A stretch of DNA of 43,864 nucleotides, filler included, from Sphacelaria rigidula (taxonomy: Eukaryota), in assembly GCA_964200075.2 (NCBI GenBank). It is 2 parts of 2 records of this genome, joined end to end, with 100 filler letters (N's around TTAATTAATTAA, not from the genome) between each part and the next. Parts side by side here need not be neighbours in the genome. Positions count along the whole stretch, not along the records: positions 1 to 21,884 come from CAXNAA020000377.1; 1 more part is not named here. One strand, written 5' to 3'. Under the pieces are notes generated by a model. The model had not been told where the DNA came from. It searched no databases and worked only from the letters and a program-made list of their open reading frames with translations. This document shows, piece after piece, positions 1 to 11,900 of this stretch. Every line of letters starts with the position of its first letter. Positions within the stretch are counted from its first letter, which is position 1. A program made the translations under genes and the position numbers.

Positions 1-840
1 GGGCCGTGATCCGCATATCGTATTAATCGTCTAATCAAGCGAAAGGTGCCCATCTACTAAAAAATCTGGGCCAATATTTTCTTGTTGATTAAACCCCATG
101 TCTAGTGTCTCCTATACCTTACGGAGATAGTGCCCACACTAGAACCCATATGAAACCCCGAGCGATACATTCAGCGGATGATGACGATTTTTGGTGTGGA
201 CATTCCCTGGAGCACGGGGAGACGACAGATACCTCCACCTTCACCTAATTCTCTATCTATCTCGAGATATCACGCACACAAGTTTACACACTAAAATCAA
301 CATATTACGAGCAGAAGCACTAGATGCCCTAAATCTGGACATCGTGTCTCAGTTTCTGAGAGTTGTGCTGTGAAATTTCGTATGGAGAACCGCTAGCGCA
401 TAGAAATAAGGAAAAAACAGCGTGTTACCTGTTTTTCGTTCTTGTTTTTTTCATGTTGTTCATTTTTTCCCGTGTTTTCAGTGGAGTTTTGAGGGAAAAT
501 GAACATTGTTTCTAGGCCTTAAATCAATGTTTCAGCCCAATTTTTAGAAGTGTACTTTGAAAGTTAGCACGGAGAACCACGAAGGTGTGCCGAAAAAAAA
601 AATGGGCCTTTATATTTTCATTGTTTTACAGAGGTTAGGGCGTTCTCGTGAAGAAATAGTCTTTACCATACTACAACGCCCTGGAGCAGTGAAAAAAATA
701 CTGACCCACTCAGTTTTGCGAACTATGCCCTAGCGGGGGCCCACACAAAATTTCAATGCACAAAAACCAAACGTGGACCGGTGAGTGGCCTGCGAAATAC
801 TGTTCCGAATTTCTACCGACCTGGTTTTGAAGAGGCGATT

Positions 841-1103
841 GCGCCGGCCAATATTTAGAGTTGGAACGTAAAATTTGGTATGGACAATGCATAGGACATG
901 AGAAAAATGTTACGCCGGTATCAGGAGTTTTTGTTTGTTTGTTCATGAGTTAAGGGCAATAATTAGTTTTCAGGTATCAGTAAAATACCCTTGACTCATG
1001 AAAAATACAACAAAGCCTTTTGATACCGAGGTATTTGTTTTTTTATGCCCTATGTATTGTCCATACCAAATTTTACGCTCCAACTTGAAATATTGGCCGG
1101 CGC
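841..1103. repeat. Degenerate inverted repeat (~115 bp arms, ~30 bp spacer) in an AT-rich TE-like segment
   Basis: GCGCCGGCCAATATTT...CATGAGTTAAGGG (841-955) versus CCCTTGACTCATG...AAATATTGGCCGGCGC (988-1103). Mirror-image ORFs are at 710-946(-) and 998-1294(+). Confidence 0.9.
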
Positions 1104-1417
1104 ATGGGCCTGGAAACTTCATATCTGCCTCTAGGCTGGCCCAGCTCGTAGACCAGGCATACAACGCTTTGGGAGCTTATTCATTGGTTGATCGTCTCTC
1201 TGGTGACCGCACGTCATCTCGTGACTCTTGCGTCGATGGACGGAGTATATTGGGGGCGCGGACGCTCCCGTACATTCTTTCCGCGGCAAATTAGTTGCAT
1301 GGAAGCAGAGTTTGCGGTCCTAAAATCTCGTAAAAAGAGGAGAAACATATGTCATTCTCACGACACCAATGGCTACTAGAACTGACTCCAAGCCATCCCT
1401 TTAACGGCGTTGTCACA

Positions 1418-2900
1418 CTATTGCTCGCCCTCACCTCCTTCTGCGTTAGCAGTCGTCATCGTACAGGCCCGACGTACTGGTACGATCTCACACGGTCCAC
1501 GCAGGGTCGCTGCTCCCAAAAGTTCGCCTTTTGTCCACTGCCGACTGAACGTTGCGCGATCCATGTCCCAAACTTCGATACACAGCTCTGGGATATATTT
1601 GCGCCATACTATTGCACGGTGGCGGGAGCGGGACGACGAGTCTCTAGTGACCGAGTCTGCACTACCACTTCCTTTTTTCTTCTTAGATGATGGTGATAAT
1701 GGCGTTGATGATAATGATGGCGGGGTGGGCAATAGGGGTAGCCGGAAAGAATTGTCTGGATAATAAAATATCGGGTTGAGATCGTTCGGAGTGATTGAAG
1801 TGCGACCCACTTCTTTGCCGTCCCAGTATACAAGCACGCACGGATCGCTCTTGCCAATCAAATCAGCCTTCGCTAGATTCTGGCACTCCAGGATATCCAG
1901 CCTGAGGCAAGGCCTGGCTGGCCGTGCAGCAACAGCATGTCCCGCCACCTCGAGTCTGCCGAAGAAGCCTAAGTTTTCAGGTCCCCCCTTTTCCCTCTCC
2001 CTGTTTTCAGATCCCACGTTTTGCCTGCCGCTCTTGCTTGTTTCGGACGATGGGCCTTCCGGAGGGGGGGGGGGGGGGGCGGGAGCGGCCAAAACGATCG
2101 AACGCTGGCTGCCGACGGTTCGACGAAGGACCTCGGGCTCGATGTAAGCCCGCGCGACAACATTAACTACTTGATTCTTCTTTTTCTCGCTCGTGCCAGG
2201 AACAGCGGCGCCCAACGCGCGCTTGATCATCGACAGTGCGTGGATACTTCCGCTATCTATATCATAATCTTGGAACGACCGCTCTTGCACGAGTTCAGCA
2301 ACGATACGTCGTTTCTTCACAGCAGCACCAGAAGCTGCCGCATCTCCACCGCCCTCTGCTATAGACCTTTCCCCACCTGCCCTTGATCTTGGTAGATCTT
2401 CGACCAGAGCAGTTGGCGGAATCTCTATGGTAGCGGACAACACAGTACATTCTGACCGGATCCTGAAGGGCAGCGAGCGGCCCAACTCTTGCTCTCGTAT
2501 CACTGACTGCGCCACCGTGTTCTTCTGTTGGGATGAAAGCCGTTCAACCGCGCCATTTCCAGGTGTCCCATTGGTGTGCGCTTTGTCGTTACCACGTTCC
2601 GGTAGGGTGGAATGTACTACCTCACTTCTTAGCACCAAGACAACATCCACGTCTATCGAGAGCTGATTGTTGCCAGCGTCGGTCAGGCTTACGTGCAGCA
2701 TCAGCGGCTGAAGCAGGAAAGTGAGAGGGCTGCGCTTGGCGTTGAGCACCCTAATCAGAGCTTCTGCTATTCCCGTGCTGTCGTTTGCGATCGGCCAAAT
2801 GTCGCTGAATATCCCGTCACTTCTACTGCTGTCTTCCCTGCCGAATGTGCCACTCTCTTCGTCGCCGGAAGTTGATCAACGCGCGGCAGTGGAGGGGCAA
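1418..2900 (-). CDS. Terminal exon with canonical Ca2+-type C2 domain
   Basis: LRLDILECQNLAKADLIGKSDPCVLVYWDGKEVGRT..NDLNPIF..LCIEVWDMD..LLGAATL is a textbook C2 motif set. TAG stop at 1420-1418. The 5' exon boundary is approximate. Confidence 0.85.
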
Positions 2901-5900
2901 AATAACATTAATTCAGTCTATACCCTGAACGTTCGCGTTTTCAGTTCATTCAGCTGCAAACAGTTCCGTCAGAACAGCGCTTATTTTCTCTTGGTTGGAG
3001 TACCACGTTTCCCCAGCAGATGAATAGAAACACACATTCAGCGAAGCAAGGTGCTCTTCGATGATCTTCTCTTTTGGGTCGAAACTTGTGACTCTTATCA
3101 TGAACCACCGAAAGGTCATCTCTCATCACCTGCTTTTCGTCGGTAGGAACGGCGCCCTCGCAAGATCTCAACAGCTTCCGCTAGCTGTCCCTCTGCCGCT
3201 ATCGCCTGCGCTGGCTCAAGGGAAAGTAAGGTCAGCGCCAGGACAGGGGGCTCCCCCGCGTTGCCACTTTTCCCGCTTCCCCCTTGCCGTCGGATGACAG
3301 GAAGCTTGTATGGGATAAAAGCCTAATGAGCACACACGCAGCAACGCATTGCCACAAACAAAACACAGCAGGATCATGCAGCATGTCCTGGTGCTTGTGA
3401 GTAGTTGCGCGCTCAAAGTGAAGATGGTCAGACACACGTTCTGCACTCGTTCGAACGTGGTGTGCCTGTACGGTGTTGGATATGTGACGCATCACGTAAC
3501 GTAACTCAAAATGATCACGTATCCAGCGCTCAAAATAATCACGTATCCGGCGCAAGTGTGCAAGAAAGCGAGCACGCCCCTATCAAGCACCATTTCGAGC
3601 CCCTCCGCCCGCCTTCCCGGTTCAACGTAAATCCTGCATGCGCCTCATAAGATGCCCTGACAGATGTGGTGTATTTTGCGTACGTCCGTACTCTCCCAAT
3701 CACTGCAATTGTAATTTCAGAAGCTCCAGACCTCGGGATTGGCCATGAAATAAGGGAAGTGGTCAGGTAGACGGGTTTGGTCATCTTGGCCTTCGCCTAT
3801 GTTGAAAACCTCGCCTCGGTTGTTGACCCCTGCGTTCTGCACCTTTTTGCACATGCTCAGCAAGTGCAAGCCTTCCAGTTGCACCTGTTTTTTAATGGCC
3901 GAACGAGCGTGACGGAGACGTACTTGGAGGTAGAACTATGGATAGTCTGCGAGAAACATATGGCTGGCTGTGTATTTGTGCAGAGGGTGAAGTGATGCCG
4001 GGTTGACAGGAGGAATTCCCCATGTCCTCCTTCGTACGTGATTACGATTGAGCGGAAGACATTTCGTTCCAGTCTCCTTGCTGAGGTAGAAGGCCGTCAA
4101 GTACAGGCCTCATGAGGGTGGGCTACGCACATTCGACGAGAAACTCATCCACAGGTAGAACATATTCAACACGAGGTGACACTACACGTCATAAAAATGT
4201 GCATACCAGGGAGTTATCGTACAGTTCTTCTGACGATCGTTTTCAGTGGTTAACAGTGAACCAAAAGGCCTGCAAATATCGTCGGGACATGATACAGTAG
4301 CTAGCCGAGCGTGGCGACACTAAGGTGCGCACGGGCGAACACCTGCCCGAGGCAGTGCGTCCCCCGCCAGACCTCGACACGCAGCTGCACGTCGCCCAGG
4401 TGATCCAGAGAGTCATCTTCATCATCTTCAACACCTGTTCCCGCCGCGTCTTTTCCCATCCCGTTGGTTTCTAGTCCATGCCCACTCTCTGCGGAACCTC
4501 CAGCTCTACTGTTCTCAAGGCCACCTTCTTCCAACGTGGGGGTGACCGGAAACGGCAAGAGAAACGTCTCGTGCTGCCAACTGACGCTTCCTGTCGGACG
4601 CCCCGCACTACGACCAGGAACCGATTCGGCAATTTTTGTGAGTGAACTCGTTGAGGCGACTGCGATCTCCTGGACCTTTCCCGTTATATCTAATAAGGAA
4701 CCGGTGGTGGAATCGCCGGCCGTCTTGCCGGCGATATCACCACCGTCATGTGCGTTGTTCGGGGGAAGTACGCCTTCGACGGGGGCACATGAATTGGCGT
4801 TCGTCGCAGTGGTCGGGTTCTCTGGTTTTGGAGGGATGACGTCAGTGGTGCGCCCAACCTGTGAACACAAATGACGAGGGCCAATATAATGGGACGAGCA
4901 AACCCGACAGAATTCGATTGCTTCGGGTTTTCGGGAACTTGCACCGACGGGCGTGTGCATGCTCGGTTTTCAGTAAAAACATCGTTTTTTGACAGTTGTA
5001 TTTCGAACCTTCTCTACAACGGCTCGGATCAGCGTACGTCTGCGGAACCGACACCACTGCGAGTAAATTATTTCGAGCACGCTGTGCGTTTCGTTGCATT
5101 TTGCACTATTAGAGAGTTTCGGAAAACAAAAAAAGGCCAGAAAAACTCAGGGATAATTACTGTTTGGTTGAATTTTAGTCAGAAGACGCAAATTATCCCT
5201 GAGGTTTTGGCTCAAAATCTTGTTTTCCGGAACTCTCTATTGACTTTTTTTGAACCGGCTGTTATTATTAAAAAATCCAGTAGGTACGCTCACGGACGCT
5301 CCAAATGAATATCGTTTTCCAGTGTCTATGTGTGGCAGGAGGGTTGCTGGAGTAAACTGTATTGCGTGCGATGCTCCCAGCAACATGCCTGTCACTGGAC
5401 AAAATTATGCGACAAAGCCTTACCCGGCGCAGCGGAATCGTCATTGCTTCTACTCCACCCCCACCCCCCAGACGGCCACGCCTCACTGTCCATACCTCTT
5501 CCCCTCCCCAGAAAATTCGAGCGGAAACAGCGCTACCCCCACTGGAAAATGACTGCTCCAATCCAGACACAGCCTCTACACGTAGGAAGAGTTCATGGCG
5601 CGCTGCAGGCAGGGATGGAAGTATGCGCTCAAGAGCGGTCTTTGGCGCGCCTACGTGGCCATCGTTTGGCGTGCTATCGACGGTCGCGCCGACTTTGTTG
5701 TCTACAGGGGCAGTGCCTGATGACCCCCTTGTGACGCTCTCCTGGTCCGTCAGCTCCTGTTGGAAATGTTTGGAAGCAGTTGAGAGGTTGACGGATATCT
5801 CGTCAAAGAGGTGCAACTGGAGGATATTTTGATCGCAAGGAGTACATTTAACCACATATGTACAGTATATACATTAGTATATGTACATCATTATTTCAAG

Positions 5901-8900
5901 CACGAGAGAATGCCGGAGTTTCAGCTGTCTGTGGCATGATGATCAAATCATCCAAATGCCCTCTTCGAAGGGGGGATTTCTCATCAACCATGACTAAAAA
6001 ACATTTCAGAACTATTGTCCCGGAAAGGACCGCGGGGAGCATGAGATATCACTAGAACACGGAGTCTGGGACGAGGCGCGCGGCGCGCCGACGAGCCCAT
6101 CACCGTGAAACATTGGATGGATTTGAAAAAGCTGTAATTGTTTTGAAATATTTTTCTCGATGGACGTTTCCAATCGTCGCATCCTCGGCGACGAAAGCAG
6201 AAAATATCAGCATGAGTCCGTTATGAAGTGTTTTGGTGCGCCTCCGCCCTGCCACTTCCAGGAAAAGTCTCACGCAAGCAATAAAAGGAGTATAGCTGGT
6301 TATACGGTACACGAAAAAGGTAAGTTTCACAGCAACGCGATTTGGGATAGTACAGTGTCGCACCTAGCTTGTATGCAAGAATTGCGGCAATAGATCAATC
6401 TACTATACGTGCAATCATCCTTGACGGTATTCATTACCACTCGACCAGCGCCCCCTCCGTCCTTCATCGCCACGGAGCTGCTGAGCACAGTCGAGCTCTT
6501 GTTCATGTCTGCCACTAACGGCTTGCCGCGCTTTCGGTTGACGAAAGCCTTTCGTTTTTTCCTCGCCTTCACGACTGCCGCCGCCGCTGCTGGAGATCGA
6601 CCGTGCGCTGCCTGACGTGATCCTTTAGATCTCGGTTGACGCTTTTTGTGCCCGAGATGCGGGGTGCTTATGCCGGCACTTTTGGTGAGCGTTTTGTCAT
6701 GACGCGTGATCGTCGCCCCGGCGACCTGCTCATTTCTCTCCTGTGAGCCACGGTTCGGTGTAGATTTATATTTTTTGTGCCAAACAAGGAGAGGAAAATA
6801 TTCATTGAAAATGGCCGACGGTGAAATCAAATGCATGGCCTCGAATATGAGCCGAAGGCTGCAGTTCGATCTAAGCTTTCGGGACAGTAGTAAATAAGCC
6901 TTATGGTGCCGCCATCACGTCAGCATAGCCAGAGGCACAAGCATAAGCAGCAAGCCATACTTCCTGAAATGACTAGTCGAGAACGAAAATATCTGCAGAC
7001 CTAACTGAAGTCAACAGTAGCAGTCCCGTGTATTGCATTGATTGATTCGATCGATTGTCGCGCTTTAACTGATTCCCCAGGGATCCAGCCGCGATCACAT
7101 GATAGACGCTTTATGCGTACAAAAAAATCGAAATCTTTTTCACGAACCTGCGCAAAATCTCTCGTTGGCCGTCTCGCCGCGCGATGTTCAGCCCATTCCG
7201 CACGCCACACCTCCTTCATCCACGCGCGTACGTACAGCTCGGCGTTTCGCCGAGGATTGTCGCGAGCGGTTCCCAATCGTGAGTCTGAACCGTTACAGAA
7301 TACAGAGGGGAAGGAGAGGTGGGAGGGGGCGGGAAAGACATCGGGATCTTGTTTGTAGATTGTGGGAATAGGTCACTCACTTATTCATCACGACGTCCCA
7401 TCGTCCCTGGCGATAGACCTTGAAAATGCCACCTCTTGCTTCAGGATGATACTACAGAACGAGGCAGCACAATGAACGTGGGAAAATAGTTTAAGAATGA
7501 ATCCCGTTACTGAAGCAGATCACACGAAACTGCTCTCTATCATCCGTAAGCGTTTCAAAACCAAATTTCGTTGCCCCGTCTCCGTGTCATTGAACTCGCC
7601 TGTCACGTGCACGATCCTCCGAGCGTCGTCGAGCTGCGCCGTTGCTCCTCGGGTAGATTTTGCGAGGCTATCCACCGTAAGGGAGCGATATCGCTTAAGA
7701 GAGCTCTGGTTTGGCGAAACAAGTGACACGGGTGGACGGGTGGTGGGAATCTTCTTGAGCATCGGAGGTTGTTGCGACCTCATCTTATGCCATGTACTCG
7801 ATAAAGTCACAGATAGTACATGCCCGGGTATGAGCTATACTTAACGGCGGGCCACATACCGGAAGGTGGAGGACCGAGGGCGTGGGGGTTCGGGGACTTG
7901 TAGCTCTTGTTCGACATTTAACCTATTCAGTAGCCTTCCGCCGTTCGACATCATTTTGTGGTACCCTCTCTAAATAGCCAGTGAAATATCGCGAATCTTT
8001 GCGAGCACCCAGCCAATGCGACACTCAAAACGATTGATTGTCACACACGCACGAAATGTCTAGGTTTGTTTCAGCAAGTACTTTTGTGCACCGCTTCACC
8101 TCCGATTGATTCTCCGCCTCCATATCAGTCGAGGATGGTCCTGGCATGCCGACTTCGCTTTCTTGCGCCAGCGGCTCCAGGAGGTTCTCCGCGTCATCAT
8201 TGTCCGAAGCCTCTCGATGTTTTTCCAGCAACCCGACACATTCCGAATCAACCTCATAGATTCTCTCAACCGATATGCTCAACGTTCCGCAGGAGGTGTC
8301 CTCTGGAGTATTGCTGGCATAAGGTACATTTGCTGACGTGTTGTCCGGGCACAGGTCCAGCACAAGAGAGCATCGATCATTTCTCGTCTTGCTCTTACTC
8401 TCCTGAGCTTTGTGGATACGGTTGTTGTCGTCGTTGTTGTGGTGGTGGTGGTTGTGATCTTTTATGGTAGTAGTGTTTTCGGCGGATTCGGGTTGCTCTT
8501 CATCTCGAAGCAGATCCGAAAGTAGATCGGGGGGCAGGACTGCCCTGCCGATAATTGTAAAAGAGCCGCCTGGATCATCGTTCCAAATCTCGAAAGAAAT
8601 ATTCCGAGCTATGATTGGCTCTTCGGTTTCCTGTGGAGGAGCTGACCAAGATGCGGGGCTGATTTTGAGCTTTACCTCCCTCAAGTTGCTCTGAGTGTCT
8701 GGCGATACGTTATTCCGTGGCATCGGTAGCAAGAACGCTGCTGCCCACATTGGCTCGCACGAGTTGGGCACTATCCGGGTCCGGCCCACTTCGACACCAT
8801 CCGAAAATACCACGCAACATGCATTCAGACTTTCAGTGGGCTGAGAACGCTGCGACCCACGTGCCCGCCCCCGACAAAAGCAAGAACGGGAAGACGGTAA

Positions 8901-11900
8901 GCGTGAGGGTGAACACAGGGGGGCAGATGTTAGCTGGGGTGCCAGTCGCTGCTACAACGCAGTGTCGAAAAGAGCGAAAACATACCCGCCATTCAGTTGA
9001 AGCCCGCTAGAGTCAGAAGTGCTCGGCGGTTAAGCGCGGGTGTAGCACACCGCACTGCTCCAATATTTCCTCTCGAGGGCGACAGTATGTTCTCTTCTAC
9101 ACAATCTGCGGTTTGCAAAACACGATTAACACGATACTACAGTATCCTGCTGCTAGATGACCATCGTTTACGCACGAGATTACAACCTCTCACCAGGTTC
9201 TCCGCCTCGTATATCTTGAGCGCGATTCCCGGTCCACGCTGTGCCCCGTACTCCGTCTTCTCACCATGGCGCGTGCCTGGCGTCTCGACCACGCCTCCCC
9301 GTTCTTTTGCTAGACGAGACCATGACGCGCTTCCCCAATCACCGGGCCCGGGTGGTAAATCGGGGATCGACGGATCCGAACAAACCATCGACAATCTCAC
9401 CCCTAGAAGACCTTGCGCTGGCTCGTCCACTGTTGTGAGATGGGGATCAATACTGTGACTACGGTCATTGGTGGGTGTCTTGCCGTTGCTTCGCGAACGA
9501 TCTTCCACACAAGCGGTAAGATTGGTTGGACTTGACGAGGACGATGCTGGGGGAATAATACGGATGGGCACGTAATGAAAGGGTAGGCGCTTGAGATGGG
9601 AGAATGGAAGCGTAGCTTCTCCGAGAAATACGTCATTTTGTCCTGCTTCATGGTGGTCCGTCGATTTATTTCCCCTGTGCAACACTCCCCCGACCTGGCT
9701 GAATACTTTTGCTCCAAGGGTTAACGGCTCGCCGCTGCGAACACGTAGGTAGAAGCGGGGGGGGCGCACAGGCAGGCATTCACGTAGGCGAAGGAACGGT
9801 GTGGGTGATGGAAGCAGAGCTTGGTATCGTCGCATGTAACTAATGACGATCAGATGCCTACACATGGAATGAATTCCCGACCATCCGTGACTATTAGAGC
9901 ACAACTGCGCATCGGAGACCTGCTAACAGGAAAATACAATCATTGCGAATACCACATGTTTTTCGACAGAGGCCATCAATATGGAGCTGACTACTAATAG
10001 AACGCATTTGCGATCACATATATGCAACTGGCGTGTGGCAATCGACCTACACCTCAAGTTACCAGTCAAAGCATTTTTCACGGTGCTACCAAAGCCACCA
10101 GTCGATGACAGACAATTTACAAACCTGTAGTCCCGAAAATATTCTGGTGCCGTCAGTTGCCACGAGTTTCCTGCCGCAGCCGGCAATTTAACTCGGAATG
10201 TCTCAGACGACCACACGGGACTGATTGTACCCAGGGCCGTCGTGGACCGGGCGAATGACTTCCCATTGAGGGTAAGCACAACGTAGGGGTTGATGCTCGG
10301 CTGTCCGGGAGCTTTCCACACCCTGTGAGCGTCGATTACTTCGACCTGTATTTCGGGAGGCAGGTGTAGTCGTGAATTCAATCGACGGAGCAGCGGGGAA
10401 GAGGAGGTAGATAGTATGTGAGAGAGTTCGATGAGAAGGGCTCGAAGTTGCTGCGAACCGTTTGTTTTCGGCTACTTCACGAAGAGCAATATCTGGTCGG
10501 AGTAGTTCCCGAAAAATGAACGTGCGGAAGTGTGGACCCGAACATGCCTACGCCCATCTTGACTGTAGTACATACCCTCGATCGAGCATATTTATTGTTT
10601 TCAAGCGCTATCATTTGCTCAATCGTTCTCACCCGTCACTTCTTATTCCGCTGCTTACAGCATTCTTCCCCTCTTCTCTACATTTCTTGACTTTTTGCGT
10701 CTGTGTTTGGGTGTCATCACATCGTGTAGAAAACGTCACTGTGTTCAACTACATGTGATCGACACAGGTACGACCCAGGATAACCCATGATCAAGCCTTT
10801 TCGGCATATTTATCCCGAATTCCCAGCCTCTCGGTGAAGAATATTATGTGAGCAGTAGGTGCATTGATCATCACCTCCAAGAAGGGAGCAGGGCACTTCA
10901 GCCGGAGCACAGCATCTCGTGGCACATCAAAGTGCCTCACCACAGCACAGAGGGACGCGTCGAGAGTGCGGTATGCTTCGAACTGCCTAAGTAAATATCG
11001 GTGCACGTTGCCCGGGGCGGGAGGGGCGAAGAGCTAGATGTCTGTCGGTGTTATTGTTGGTTTCCCACATGGCACAGAAAGAATCACTAGCCATGCTCGA
11101 GTTGGTCGTGTACCAACTTCCGGGCAGCAAATCACGAGGACCGTGTACTTCTGGTAATTACCTGTTCCGATCGCCGTGCTGCCCCATCGCCCAAGAATTC
11201 GACATACCCGCACAAGGGGCGCCCAACAGGGGTATATCCACGCCGGAGCCGAAGGGTTGCAGCATCAAGTTGTCGTCGATGAGACACGCGCATCCTACCA
11301 ACCTGCGGTTAGTGTGCTCTCTTGGCTGTCCATCGGCGTCTGTCGTGCCGTTTCCTACGGTCACCGGGCGACGTAAGAATCAGGCATTGAGCAAGCAACG
11401 GCTTGGTTTCTCGGCAGGATATCTCTATTGTGGTTCATCATCCGATAACCTGATATGCGGCATGTTTAGAGTCACAAGTATCGCCTCTTCCCTTCTACAT
11501 ATGCAGCCCTGGCGTTTTTTCATGTAGGAACGCGCAGCTGGTTTCTACCGGTTGTGTATTTGGGATCGGAAACGTGTCGTACAAGACGCTTCTGTTCCAG
11601 CACCTCGGCAGCGAGAATTGCATTGACCTTTTAAAACCGCATTGAATGAATTACCGGTATATCTCCTCGCATATTCACGGACAGCGTACAAATACTGGTT
11701 GCACCTTCCGATGTTGTTGCCCAAAGCATGATTCGCAGGTCCCCCTTCATCAGGCTTTCAGGTGGCGTCCTTTCATCGCACTCGCTGACACCACCACTAC
11801 CGCCGCCGGCAACAGCATAGTTCCCGCCATCAGACATACACGCCGGCAAGAAAAACCGAAAGGGTTGCTGCCTATGAGTTTCTTCCTCAGCCGGCAACCA

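Noticed and set aside
3506..3553. 24 bp tandem duplication TCAAAAT(G/A)ATCACGTATCC(A/G)GCGC
   Set aside because: Only two copies; ordinary local slippage.
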